The notes under the pieces: model-generated
The model's database searches: none
Told to the model about the DNA's origin: nothing
What the model saw: only the letters and a program-made list of their open reading frames with translations
Part shown: piece by piece, positions 1-15,960 of the stretch
Numbering within the stretch: position 1 is the first letter of the stretch
How the letters are laid out: every line of letters starts with the position of its first letter
Made by a program: the position numbers and the translations under genes
Assembly: GCA_964016885.1 (NCBI GenBank)
Contig: OZ024750.1
Span: forward strand, 38,378,001-38,442,000
Direction of reading: 5' to 3'
DNA: 64,000 bases
DNA from: Eledone cirrhosa
Lineage: Eukaryota

Positions 1-440
1 GTACACTGTATGTGATGTACCATGAAGCTTTGACTAACCTATACACTGTATGTGATGTACCATGTAGCTATGACTAACATTTACACTGTATGTGATGTAC
101 CATGAAGCTATGGCTAACCTGTACACTGTATGTGATGTACCATGAAGCTATGGCTAACCTGTACACTGTATGTGATGTACCATGAAGTTATGACTAACAT
201 GTACACTGTATGTGATGTACCATGAAGCTATGACTAACCTGTACACTGTATGTGATGTACCATGAAGCTATGGATAACCTGTACACTGTATGTGATGTAC
301 CATGAAGCTATGACTAACCTATACACTGTATGTGATGTACCATGAAGCTATGACTAACCTGTACACTGTATGTGATGTACAATGAAGCTATGACTAACCC
401 GTACACTGTATGTGATGTACCATGAAGCTATGGTTAACCT

Positions 441-1400
441 GTACACTGTATGTGATGTACCATGAAGCTATGGCTAACCTGTACACTGTATGTGATGTAC
501 CATGAAGCTATGGCTAACCTGTACACTGTATGTCATGTACCATGAAGCTATGACGAACCTATACACTGTATGTGATGTACCATGAAGCTATGACTAACCT
601 GTACACTGTATGTGATGTACCATGAAGCTATGGCTAACCTGTACACTGTTTGTGATGTACCATGAAGCTATGGCTAACCTGTACACTGTATGTGATGTAC
701 CATGAAGTTATAGCTAACCTGTACACTGTATGTGATGTACCATGAAGCTATGTCTAATCTGTACACTGTATGTGATGTACCATGAAGCTATAGCTAACCT
801 GTACACTGTATGTGATGTACCATGAAGCTATGACTAACCTGTACACTGTATGTGATGTAACATGAAGCTATAGCTAACCTGTACACTGTATGTGATGTAC
901 CATGAAGCTATGACTAACCTATACACTGTATGTGATGTACCATGAATATATAGCTAACCTGTACACTGTATGTGATGTACCATGAAGCTATGACTAACCT
1001 GTACACTGTATGTGATGTACCATGAAGCTATGGCTAACCTGTACACGGTATGTGATGTACCATGAAGCTATGGCTAACCTGTACACTGTATGTCATGTAC
1101 CATGAAGCTATGACTAACCTATACACTGTATGTGATGTACCATGAAGCTATGACTAACCTGTACACTGTATGTGATGTACCATGAAGCTATGGCTAACCT
1201 GTACACTGTTTGTGATGTACCATGAAGCTATGGCTAACCTGTACACTGTATGTGATGTACCATGAAGTTATAGCTAACCTGTACACTGTATGTGATGTAC
1301 CATGAAGCTATGACTAATCTGTACACTGTATGTGATGTACCATGAAGCTATAGCTAACCTGTACACTGTATGTGATGTACCATGAAGCTATGACTAACCT
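441..1400. repeat. Local tandem duplication, period 560 bp (14 monomers)
   Basis: tgtcatgtac at 531 and 1091; gtacactgtt at 641 and 1201; catgaagtta-tagct at 701 and 1261. Boundaries are approximate. Confidence 0.75.
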
Positions 1401-4400
1401 GTACACTGTATGTGATGTACCATGAAGCTATGACTAACCTATACACTGTATGTGATGTACCATGAATATATAGCTAACCTGTACACTGTATGTGATGTAC
1501 CATGAAGCTATGGCTAACCTGTACACTGTATGTGATGTACCATGAAGTTATAGCTAACCTGTACACTGTATGTGATGTACCATGAAGCTATGACTAATCT
1601 GTACACTGTATGTGATGTACCATGAAGCTATGACTAACCTGTACACTGTATGTGATGTAACATGAAGCTATAGCTAACCTGTACACTGTATGTGATGTAC
1701 CATGAAGCTATGACTAACCTATACACTGTATGTGATGTACCATGAATATATAGCTAACCTGTACACTGTATGTGATGTACCATGAAGCTATGACTAACCT
1801 GTACACTGTATGTGATGTACCATGAAGCTATGACTAACCTGTACACTCTATGTGATGTACCATGAAGCTATGGCTAACCTGTACACTGTATGTGATGTAC
1901 CATGAAGCTATGGCTAACCTTTACACTGTATGTGATGTACCATGAAGCTATGGCTAACCTGTACACTGTATGTGATGTACCATGAAGCTATGGCTAACCT
2001 GTACACTGTATGTGATGTACCATGAAGCTATGACTAACCTGTACACTGTATATGATGTACCATGAAGCTATGACTAACATGTACACTGTATGTGATGTAC
2101 CATGAAGCTATGACTAACCTGTACACTGTATGTGATGTACCATGAAGCTATGGCTAACCTTTACACTGTATGTGATGTACCATGAAGCTATGGCTAACCT
2201 GTAAACTGTATGTGATGTACCATGAAGCTATGGCTAACCTGTACACTGTATGTGATGTAACATGAAGCTATGCCTAACCTCTACACTGTATGTGATGTAC
2301 CATGAAGCTATGACTAACCTGTACACTGTATGTGATGTACCATGAAGCTATAGCTAACCTATACACTGTATGTGATGTACCATGAAACTATGACTAACCT
2401 GTACACTGTATGTGATGTACCATGAAGCTATGGCTAATCTGTACACTGTATGTGATGTAACATGAAGCTATAGCTAACCTGTACACTGTATGTGATGTAC
2501 CATGAAGCTATGACTAACCTGTACACTGTATGTGATGTACCATGAAGCTATGACTAACCTGTACACTGTATGTGAAGTACCATGAAGCTATGGCTAACCT
2601 GTACACTGTATGTGATGTACCATGAAGCTATGGCTAACCTGTACACTGTATGTGATGTACCATGAAGCTATGGCTAACCTGTACACTGTATGTGATGTAC
2701 CATGAAGCTATGGCTAACCTGTACACTGTATGTGATGTACCATGAAGCTATGACTAACCTGTACACTGTATATGATGTACCATGAAGCTATGACTAACAT
2801 GTACACTGTATGCGATGTACCATGAAGCTATGACTAACCTGTACACTATATGTGATGTACCATGAAGCTATGACTAACCTGTACACTGTATGTGATGTAC
2901 CATGAAGCTATGACTAACCTGTACACTGTATGTGATGTACCATGAAGCTATGACTAACCTATACACTGTATGTGATGTACCATGTAGCTATGACTAACAT
3001 TTACACTGTATGTGATGTACCATGAAGCTATGGCTAACCTGTACACTGTATGTGATGTACCATGAAGCTATGGCTAACCTGTACACTGTATGTGATGTAC
3101 CATGAAGCTATGACTAACCTGTACACTGTATATGATGTACCATGAAGCTATGACTAACATGTACACTGTATGTGATGTACCATGAAGCTATGGTTAACCT
3201 GTACACTGTATGTGATGTACCATGAAGCTATGGCTAACCTGTACACTGTATGTGATGTACCATGAAGCTATGGCTAACCTGTACACTGTATGCCATGTAC
3301 CATGAAGCTATGACTAACCTATACACTGTATGTGATGTACCATGAAGCTATGACTAACCTGTACACTGTATGTGATGTACCATGAAGCTATGGCTAACCT
3401 GTACACTGTTTGTGATGTACCATGAAGCTATGGCTAACCTGTACACTGTATGTGATGTACCATGAAGTTATAGCTAACCTGTACACTGTATGTGATGTAC
3501 CATGAAGCTATAGCTAACCTGTACACTGTATGTGATGTACCATGAAGCTATGACTAACCTGTACACTGTATGTGATGTAACATGAAGCTATAGCTAACCT
3601 GTACACTGTATGTGATGTACCATGAAGCTATGACTAACCTATACACTGTATGTGATGTACCATGAATATATAGCTAACCTGTACACTGTATGTGATGTAC
3701 CATGAAGCTATGACTAACCTGTACACTGTATGTGATGTACCATGAAGCTATGACTAGCCTGTACACTCTATGTGATGTACCATGAAGCTATGACTAACCT
3801 ATACACTGTATGTGATGTACCATGTAGCTATGACTAACCTTTACACTGTATGTGATGTACCATGAAGCTATGGCTAACCTGTACACTGTATGTGATGTAC
3901 CATGAAGCTATGGCTAACCTGTACACTGTATGTGATGTACCATGAAGTTATGACTAACATGTACACTGTATGTGATGTACCATGAAGCTATGACTAACCT
4001 GTACACTGTATGTGATGTACCATGAAGCTATGGATAACCTGTACACTGTATGTGATGTACCATGAAGCTATGACTAACCTATACACTCTATGTGATGTAC
4101 CATGAAGCTATGACTAACCTGTACACTGTATGGGATGTACCATGAAGCTATGACTAACCTATACACTGTATGTGATGTACCATGAAGCTATGACTAACCT
4201 GTACACTGTATGTGATGTACCATGAAGCTATGGCTAACCTGTACACTCTATGTGATGTACCATGAAGCTATGACTAAACTATACACTGTATGTGATGTAA
4301 CATGCAGCTATGACTAACCTGTACACTGTTTGTGATGTACCATGAAGCTATGGCTATCATGTACACTGTATGTGATGTACCTTGAAGCTATGGCTAACCT

Positions 4401-6560
4401 GTACACTGTATGTGATGTACCATGAAGTTATAGCTAACCTGTACACTGTATGTGATGTACTATGAAGCTATGACTAATCTGTACACTGTATGTGATGTAC
4501 CATGAAGCTATGACTAATCTGTACACTGTATGTGATGTAACATGAAGCTATAGCTAACCTGTACACTGTATGTGATGTACCATGAAGCTATGACTAACCT
4601 ATACACTGTATGTGATGTACCATGAAGCTATTGCTAATATGTACACTGTATGTGATGTACCCTGAAGTTATAGCTAACCTGTACACTGTATGTGATGTAC
4701 CATGAAGCTATGACTAATCTGTACACTGTATGTGATGTACCATGAAGCTATAGCTAACCTGTACACTGTATGTGATGTACCATGAAGCTATAGCTAACCT
4801 ATACACTGTATGTGATGTACCATGAAGCTATGACTAACCTATACACTGTATGTGATGTACCATGAAGCTATGACTAACCCGTACACTGTATGTGATGTAC
4901 CATGAAGCTATGACTAACCTATACACTGTATGTGATGTACCATGAAGCTATGACTAATCTGTACACTGTATGTGATGTACCATGAAGCTATGGCTAACCT
5001 GTACACTGTTTGTGATGTACCATGAAGCTATGGCTAACCTGTACACTGTATGTGATGTACCATGAAGTTATAGCTAACCTGTACACTGTATGTGATGTAC
5101 CATGAAGCTATGACTAATCTGTACACTGTATGTGATGTACCATGAAGCTATAGCTAACCTGTACACTGTATGTGATGTACCATGAAGCTATGACTAACCT
5201 GTACACTGTATGTGATGTACCATGAAACTATGACTAACCTGTACACTGTATGTGATGTAACATGAAGCTATAGCTAACCTGTACACTGTATGTGATGTAC
5301 CATGAAGCTATGACTAACCTATACACTGTATGTGATGTACCATGAAGCTATAGCTAACCTGTACACTGTATGTGATGTACCATCAAGCTATGGCTAACCT
5401 GTACACTGTATGTGATGTACCATGAAGCTATGACTAACCTGTACACTGTATATGAGGTACCATGAAGCTATGACTAACATGTACACTGTATGCGATGTAC
5501 CATGAAGCTATGACTAACCTGTACACTGTATGTGATGTACCATGAAGCTATGACTAACCTGTACACTGTATGTGATGTACCATGAAGCTATGACTAACCT
5601 GTACACTGTATGTGATGTACCATGAAGCTATGACTAACCTATACACTGTATGTGATGTACCATGTAGCTATGACTAACCTTTACACTGTATGTGATGTAC
5701 CATGAAGCTATGGCTAACGTGTACTCTGTATGTGATGTACCATGAAGTTATGACTAACATGTACACTGTATGTGATGTACCATGAAGCTATGACTAACCT
5801 GTACACTGTATGTGATGTACCATGAAGCTATGGATAACCTGTACACTGTATGTCATGTACCATGAAGCTATGACTAACCTATACACTCTATGTGATGTAC
5901 CATGAAGCTATGACTAACCTGTACACTCTATGTGATGTACCATGAAGCTATGACTAACCTATACACTGTATGTGATGTACCATGAAGCTATGACTAACCT
6001 GTACACTGTATGTGATGTACCATGAAGCTATGACTAACCTGTACACTGTATGTGATGTACCATGAAGCTATGACTAACCTATACACTGTATGTGATGTAC
6101 CATGCAGCTATGACTAACCTGTACACTGTATGTGATGTACCATGAAGCTATGGCTAACCTGTACACTGTATGTGATGTACCTTGAAGCTATGGCTAAACT
6201 GTACACTGTATGTGATGTACCATGAAGTTATAGCTAACCTGTACACTGTATGTGATGAAATATGAAGCTATGACTAATCTGTACACTGTATGTGATATAC
6301 CATGAAGCTATGACTAATCTGTACACTGTATGTGATGTAACATGAAGCTATAACTAACCTGTACACTGTATGTGATGTACCATGAAGCTATGACTAACCT
6401 ATACACTGTATGTGATGTACCATGAAGCTATAGCTAACCTGTACACTGTATGTGATGTACCATGAAGTTATAGCTAACCTGTACACTGTATGTGATGTAC
6501 CATGAAGCTATGACTAATCTGTACACTGTATGTGATGTACCATGAAGCTATAGTTAACCT

Positions 6561-9500
6561 GTACACTGTATGTGATGTAACATGAAGCTATAGCTAACCT
6601 GTACACTGTATGTGATGTACCATGAAGCTATGACTAACCTGTACACTGTATGTGATGTACCATGAAGCTATAGCTAACCTATACACTGTATGTGATGTAC
6701 CATGAAGCTATGACAAACCTGTACACTGTATGTGATGTACCATGAAGCTATGACTAACCTATACACTGTATGTGATGTACCATGAAGCTATGACTAACCT
6801 GTACACTGTATGTGATGTACCATGAAGCTATGACTAACCTGTACACTCTATGTGATGTACCATGAAGCTATGACTAACCTGTACACTGTATGTGATGTAC
6901 CATGAAGCTATGACTAACCTATACACTGTATGTGATGTACCATGAAGCTATGACTAACCTGTACACTGTATGTGATGTACCATGAAGCTATGGCTAACCT
7001 GTACACTGTATGTGATGTACCATGAAGCTATGGCTAACCTGTACACTGTATGTGATGTACCATGAAGTTATAGCTAACCTGTACACTGTATGTGATGTAC
7101 CATGAAGCTATGACTAATCTGTACACTGTATGTGATGTACCATGAAGCTATAGCTAACCTGTACACTGTATGTGATGTACCATGAAGCTATGACTAACCT
7201 GTATACTGTATGTGATGTACCATGAAGCTATGACTAACCTGTACACTGTATGTGATGTAACATGAAGCTATAGGTAACCTGTACACTGTATGTGATGTAC
7301 CATGAAGCTATGACTAACCTATACACTGTATGTGATGTACCATGAATATATAGCTAACCTGTACACTGTATGTGATGTACCATGAAGCTATGGCTAACCT
7401 GTACACTGTATGTGACGTACCATGAAGCTATGACTAACCTGTACACTCTATGTGATGTACCATGAAGCTATGGCTAACCTGTACACTGTATGTGATGTAC
7501 CATGAAGCTATGGCTAACCTGTACACTGTATGTGATGTACCATGAAGCTATGGCTAACCTGTACACTGTATGTGATGTACCATGAAGCTATGGCTAACCT
7601 GTACACTGTATGTGATGTACCATGAAGCTATGACTAACCTGTACACTGTATATGATGTACCATGAAGCTATGACTAACATGTACACTCTATGTGATGTAC
7701 CATGAAGCTATGACTAACCTGTACACTGTATGTGATGTACCATGAAGCTATCGCTAACCTGTACACTGTATGTGATGTACCATGAAGCTATGGCTAACCT
7801 GTACACTGTATGTGATGTACCATGAAGCTATGGCTAACCTGTACACTGTATGTGATGTAACATGAAGCTATGACTAACCTCTACACTGTATGTGATGTAC
7901 CATGAAGCTATGACTAACCTGTACACTGTATGTGATGTACCATGAAGCTATAGCTAACCTATACACTGTATGTGATGTACCATGAAACTATGACTAACCT
8001 GTACACTGTATGTGATGTACCATGAAGCTATGGCTAATCTGTACACTGTATGTGATGTAACATGAAGCTATAGCTAACCTGTACACTGTATGTGATGTAC
8101 CATGAAGCTATGACTAACCTGTACACTGTATGTGATGTACCATGAAGCTATGACTAACCTGTACACTGTATGTGATGTACCATGAAGCTATGGCTAACCT
8201 GTACACTGTATGTGATGTACCATGAAGCTATGGCTAACCTGTACACTGTATGTGATGTACCATGAAGCTATGGCTAACCTGTACACTGTATGTGATGTAC
8301 CATGAAGCCATGGCTAACCTGTACACTGTATGTGATGTACCATGAAGCTATGACTAACCTGTACACTGTATATGATGTACCATGAAGCTATGACTAACAT
8401 GTACACTGTATGCGATGTACCATGAAGCTATGACTAACCTGTACACTGTATGTGATGTACCATGAAGCTATGACTAACCTGTACACTGTATGTGATGTAC
8501 CATGAAGCTATGACTAACCTGTACACTGTATGTGATGTACCATGAAGCTATGACTAACCTATACACTGTATGTGATGTACCATGTAGCTATGACTAACAT
8601 TTACACTGTATATGATGTACCATGAAGCTATGGCTAACCTGTACACTGTATGTGATGTACCATGAAGCTATGGCTAACCTGTACACTGTATGTGATGTAC
8701 CATGAAGTTATGACTAACATGTACACTGTATGTGATGTACCATGAAGCTATGACTAACCTGTACACTGTATGTGATGTACCATGAAGCTATGGATAACCT
8801 GTACACTGTATGTGATGTACCATGAAGCTATGACTAACCTATACAATGTATGTGATGTACCATGAAGCTATGACTAACCTGTACACTGTATGTGATGTAC
8901 CATGAAGCTATGACTAACCTGTACACTGTATGTGATGTACCATGAAGCTATGACTAACCTGTACACTGTATGTGATGTACCATGAAGCTATGGCTAACCT
9001 GTACACTGTATGTGATGTACCATGAAGTTATGACTAACATGTACACTGTATGTGATGTACCATGAAGCTATAGCTAACCTGTACACTGTATGTGATGTAA
9101 CATGAAGCTATAGCTAACCTGTACACTGTATGTGATGTACCATGAAGCTATGACTAACCTGTACACTGTATGTGATGTACCATGAAGCTATAGCTAACCT
9201 ATACACTGTATGTGATGTACCATGAAGCTATGACAAACCTGTACACTGTATGTGATGTACCATGAAGCTATGACTAACCTATACACTGTATGTGATGTAC
9301 CATGAAGCTATGACTAACCTGTACACTGTATGTGATGTACCATGAAGCTATGACTAAACTGTACACTCTATGTGATGTACCATGAAGCTATGACTAACCT
9401 GTACACTGTATGTGATGTACCATGAAGCTATGACTAACCTATACACTGTATGTGATGTACCATGAAGCTATGACTAACCTGTACACTGTATGTGATGTAC

Positions 9501-11440
9501 CATGAAGCTATGGCTAACCTGTACACTGTATGTGATGTACCATGAAGCTATGGCTAACCTGTACACTGTATGTGATGTACCATGAAGTTATAGCTAACCT
9601 GTACACTGTATGTGATGTACCATGAAGCTATGACTAATCTGTACACTGTATGTGATGTACCATGAAGCTATAGCTAACCTGTACACTGTATGTGATGTAC
9701 CATGAAGCTATGACTAACCTGTACACTGTATGTGATGTACCATGAAGCTATGACTAACCTGTACACTGTATGTGATGTAACATGAAGCTATAGGTAACCT
9801 GTACACTGTATGTGATGTACCATGAAGCTATGACTAACCTATACACTGTATGTGATGTACCATGAATATATAGCTAACCTGTACACTGTATGTGATGTAC
9901 CATGAAGCTATGACTAACCTGTACACTGTATGTGACGTACCATGAAGCTATGACTAACCTGTACACTCTATGTGATGTACCATGAAGCTATGGCTAACCT
10001 GTACACTGTATGTGATGTACCATGAAGCTATGGCTAACCTGTACACTGTATGTGATGTACCATGAAGCTATGGCTAACCTGTACACTGTATGTGATGTAC
10101 CATGAAGCTATGGCTAACCTGTACACTGTATGTGATGTACCATGAAGCTATGACTAACCTGTACACTGTATATGATGTACCATGAAGCTATGACTAACAT
10201 GTACACTCTATGTGATGTACCATGAAGCTATGACTAACCTGTACACTGTATGTGATGTACCATGAAGCTATGGCTAACCTGTACACTGTATGTGATGTAC
10301 CATGAAGCTATGGCTAACCTGTACACTGTATGTGATGTACCATGAAGCTATGGCTAACCTGTACACTGTATGTGATGTAACATGAAGCTATGACTAACCT
10401 CTACACTGTATGTGATGTACCATGAAGCTATGACTAACCTGTACACTGTATGTGATGTACCATGAAGCTATAGCTAACCTATACACTGTATGTGATGTAC
10501 CATGAAACTATGACTAACCTGTACACTGTATGTGATGTACCATGAAGCTATGGCTAATCTGTACACTGTATGTGATGTAACATGAAGCTATAGCTAACCT
10601 GTACACTGTATGTGATGTACCATGAAGCTATGACTAACCTGTACACTGTATGTGATGTACCATGAAGCTATGACTAACCTGTACACTGTATGTGATGTAC
10701 CATGAAGCTATGGCTAACCTGTACACTGTATGTGATGTACCATGAAGCTATGGCTAACCTGTACACTGTATGTGATGTACCATGAAGCTATGGCTAACCT
10801 GTACACTGTATGTGATGTACCATGAAGCTATGGCTAACCTGTACACTGTATGTGATGTACCATGAAGCTATGACTAACCTGTACACTGTATATGATGTAC
10901 CATGAAGCTATGACTAACATGTACACTGTATGCGATGTACCATGAAGCTATGACTAACCTGTACACTGTATGTGATGTACCATGAAGCTATGACTAACCT
11001 GTACACTGTATGTGATGTACCATGAAGCTATGACTAACCTGTACACTGTATGTGATGTACCATGAAGCTATGACTAACCTATACACTGTATGTGATGTAC
11101 CATGTAGCTATGACTAACATTTACACTGTATGTGATGTACCATGAAGCTATGGCTAACCTGTACACTGTATGTGATGTACCATGAAGCTATGGCTAACCT
11201 GTACACTGTATGTGATGTACCATGAAGTTATGACTAACATGTACACTGTATGTGATGTACCATGAAGCTATGACTAACCTGTACACTGTATGTGATGTAC
11301 CATGAAGCTATGGATAACCTGTACACTGTATGTGATGTACCATGAAGCTATGACTAACCTATACACTGTATGTGATGTACCATGAAGCTATGACTAACCT
11401 GTACACTGTATGTGATGTACCATGAAGCTATGACTAACCT
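6561..11440. repeat. Tandem duplication, period 2,520 bp (63 monomers)
   Basis: tgacaaacct 6711/9231, taggtaacct 7271/9791, tgtgacgtac 7411/9931, ctacactgta 7881/10401. Confidence 0.85.
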
Positions 11441-14400
11441 GTACACTGTATGTGATGTAACATGAAGCTATGACTAACCTATACACTGTATGTGATGTAC
11501 AATGAAGCTATGACTAACCCGTACACTGTATGTGATGTACCATGAAGCTATGGTTAACCTGTACACTGTATGTGATGTACCATGAAGCTATGGCTAACCT
11601 GTACACTGTATGTGATGTACCATGAAGCTATGGCTAACCTGTACACTGTATGTCATGTACCATGAAGCTATGACTAACCTATACACTGTATGTGATGTAC
11701 CATGAAGCTATGACTAACCTGTACACTGTATGTGATGTACCATGAAGCTATGGCTAACCTGTACACTGTTTGTGATGTACCATGAAGCTATGGCTAACCT
11801 GTACACTGTATGTGATGTACCATGAAGTTATAGCTAACCTGTACACTGTATGTGATGTACCATGAAGCTATGACTAATCTGTACACTGTATGTGATGTAC
11901 CATGAAGCTATAGCTAACCTGTACACTGTATGTGATGTACCATGAAGCTATGACTAACCTGTACACTGTATGTGATGTACCATGAAGCTATGACTAACCT
12001 GTACACTGTATGTGATGTAACATGAAGCTATAGCTAACCTGTACACTGTATGTGATGTACCATGAAGCTATGACTAACCTATACACTGTATGTGATGTAC
12101 CATGAATATATAGCTAACCTGTACACTGTATGTGATGTACCATGAAGCTATGACTAACCTGTACACTGTATGTGATGTACCATGAAGCTATGACTAACCT
12201 GTACACTCTATGTGATGTACCATGAAGCTATGGCTAACCTGTACACTGTATGTGATGTACCATGAAGCTATGGCTAACCCTTACACTGTATGTGATGTAC
12301 CATGAAGCTATGGCTAACCTGTACACTGTATGTGATGTACCATGAAGCTATGGCTAACCTGTACACTGTATGTGATGTACCATGAAGCTATGACTAACCT
12401 GTACACTGTATATGATGTACCATGAAGCTATGACTAACATGTACACTGTATGTGATGTACCATGAAGCTATGACTAACCTGTACACTGTATGTGATGTAC
12501 CATGAAGCTATGGCTAACCTTTACACTGTATGTGATGTACCATGAAGCTATGGCTAACCTGTAAACTGTATGTGATGTACCATGAAGCTATGGCTAACCT
12601 GTACACTGTATGTGATGTAACATGAAGCTATGACTAACCTCTACACTGTATGTGATGTACCATGAAGCTATGACTAACCTGTACACTGTATGTGATGTAC
12701 CATGAAGCTATAGCTAACCTATACACTGTATGTGATGTACCATGAAACTATGACTAACCTGTACACTGTATGTGATGTACCATGAAGCTATGGCTAATCT
12801 GTACACTGTATGTGATGTAACATGAAGCTATAGCTAACCTGTACACTGTATGTGATGTACCATGAAGCTATGACTAACCTGTACACTGTATGTGATGTAC
12901 CATGAAGCTATGACTAACCTGTACACTGTATGTGAAGTACCATGAAGCTATGGCTAACCTGTACACTGTATGTGATGTACCATGAAGCTATGGCTAACCT
13001 GTACACTGTATGTGATGTACCATGAAGCTATGGCTAACCTGTACACTGTATGTGATGTACCATGAAGCTATGGCTAACCTGTACACTGTATGTGATGTAC
13101 CATGAAGCTATGACTAACCTGTACACTGTATATGATGTACCATGAAGCTATGACTAACATGTACACTGTATGCGATGTACCATGAAGCTATGACTAACCT
13201 GTACACTGTATGTGATGTACCATGAAGCTATGACTAACCTGTACACTGTATGTGATGTACCATGAAGCTATGACTAACCTGTACACTGTATGTGATGTAC
13301 CATGAAGCTATGACTAACCTATACACTGAATGTGATGTACCATGTAGCTATGACTAACATTTACACTGTATGTGATGTACCATGAAGCTATGGCTAACCT
13401 GTACACTGTATGTGATGTACCATGAAGCTATGGCTAACCTGTACACTGTATGTGATGTACCATGAAGTTATGACTAACATGTACACTGTATGTGATGTAC
13501 CATGAAGCTATGACTAACCTGTACACTGTATGTGATGTACCATGAAGCTATGGATAACCTGTACACTGTATGTGATGTACCATGAAGCTATGACTAACCT
13601 ATACACTGTATGTGATGTACCATGAAGCTATGACTAACCTGTACACTGTATGTGATGTACAATGAAGCTATGACTAACCCGTACACTGTATGTGATGTAC
13701 CATGAAGCTATGGTTAACCTGTACACTGTATGTGATGTACCATGAAGCTATGGCTAACCTGTACACTGTATGTGATGTACCATGAAGCTATGGCTAACCT
13801 GTACACTGTATGTCATGTACCATGAAGCTATGACTAACCTATACACTGTATGTGATGTACCATGAAGCTATGACTAACCTGTACACTGTATGTGATGTAC
13901 CATGAAGCTATGGCTAACCTGTAAACTGTTTGTGATGTACCATGAAGCTATGGCTAACCTGTACACTGTATGTGATGTACCATGAAGTTATAGCTAACCT
14001 GTACACTGTATGTGATGTACCATGAAGCTATGACTAATCTGTACACTGTATGTGATGTACCATGAAGCTATAGCTAACCTGTACACTGTATGTGATGTAC
14101 CATGAAGCTATGACTAACCTGTACACTGTATGTGATGTAACATGAAGCTATAGCTAACCTGTACACTGTATGTGATGTACCATGAAGCTATGACTAACCT
14201 ATACACTGTATGTGATGTACCATGAATATATAGCTAACCTGTACACTGTATGTGATGTACCATGAAGCTATGACTAACCTGTACACTGTATGTGATGTAC
14301 CATGAAGCTATGACTAGCCTGTACACTCTATGTGATGTACCATGAAGCTATGACTAACCTATACACTGTATGTGATGTACCATGTAGCTATGACTAACCT

Positions 14401-15960
14401 TTACACTGTATGTGATGTACCATGAAGCTATGGCTAACCTGTACACTGTATGTGATGTACCATGAAGCTATGGCTAACCTGTACACTGTATGTGATGTAC
14501 CATGAAGTTATGACTAACATGTACACTGTATGTGATGTACCATGAAGCTATGACTAACCTGTACACTGTATGTGATGTACCATGAAGCTATGGATAACCT
14601 GTACACTGTATGTGATGTACCATGAAGCTATGACTAACCTATACACTCTATGTGATGTACCATGAAGCTATGACTAACCTGTACACTGTATGGGATGTAC
14701 CATGAAGCTATGACTAACCTATACACTGTATGTGATGTACCATGAAGCTATGACTAACCTGTACACTGTATGTGATGTACCATGAAGCTATGGCTAACCT
14801 GTACACTCTATGTGATGTACCATGAAGCTATGACTAAACTATACACTGTATGTGATGTAACATGCAGCTATGACTAACCTGTACACTGTTTGTGATGTAC
14901 CATGAAGCTATGGCTAACATGTACACTGTATGTGATGTACCTTGAAGCTATGGCTAACCTGTACACTGTATGTGATGTACCATGAAGTTATAGCTAACCT
15001 GTACACTGTATGTGATGTACTATGAAGCTATGACTAATCTGTACACTGTATGTGATGTACCATGAAGCTATGACTAATCTGTACACTGTATGTGATGTAA
15101 CATGAAGCTATAGCTAACCTGTACACTGTATGTGATGTACCATGAAGCTATGACTAACCTATACACTGTATGTGATGTACCATGAAGCTATTGCTAATAT
15201 GTACACTGTATGTGATGTACCCTGAAGTTATAGCTAACCTGTACACTGTATGTGATGTACCATGAAGCTATGACTAATCTGTACACTGTATGTGATGTAC
15301 CATGAAGCTATAGCTAACCTGTACACTGTATGTGATGTACCATGAAGCTATAGCTAACCTATACACTGTATGTGATGTACCATGAAGCTATGACTAACCT
15401 ATACACTGTATGTGATGTACCATGAAGCTATGACTAACCTGTACACTGTATGTGATGTACCATGAAGCTATGACTAACCCGTACACTGTATGTGATGTAC
15501 CATGAAGCTATGACTAACCTATACACTGTATGTGATGTACCATGAAGCTATGACTAATCTGTACACTGTATGTGATGTACCATGAAGCTATGGCTAACCT
15601 GTACACTGTTTGTGATGTACCATGAAGCTATGGCTAACCTGTACACTGTATGTGATGTACCATGAAGTTATAGCTAACCTGTACACTGTATGTGATGTAC
15701 CATGAAGCTATGACTAATCTGTACACTGTATGTGATGTACCATGAAGCTATAGCTAACCTGTACACTGTATGTGATGTACCATGAAGCTATGACTAACCT
15801 GTACACTGTATGTGATGTACCATGAAACTATGACTAACCTGTACACTGTATGTGATGTAACATGAAGCTATAGCTAACCTGTACACTGTATGTGATGTAC
15901 CATGAAGCTATGACTAACCTATACACTGTATGTGATGTACCATGAAGCTATAGCTAACCT

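Noticed and set aside
1-20. Hairpin GTACA-N10-TGTAC and short palindromes (TGTACA, CATG, AGCT) as structured RNA or terminator
   Set aside because: The stem is only 5 bp and AT-rich with no U-tract. It is too weak and is explained by the internal sub-repeats.
34-40. Telomere-like CTAACCT (AGGTTAG on the minus strand, part of a TTAGG repeat)
   Set aside because: It is only 7 bp of the 40, the monomer has no G/C strand skew (G8 C8), and kb-scale inherited variant patterns point to recombinational amplification rather than telomerase synthesis.
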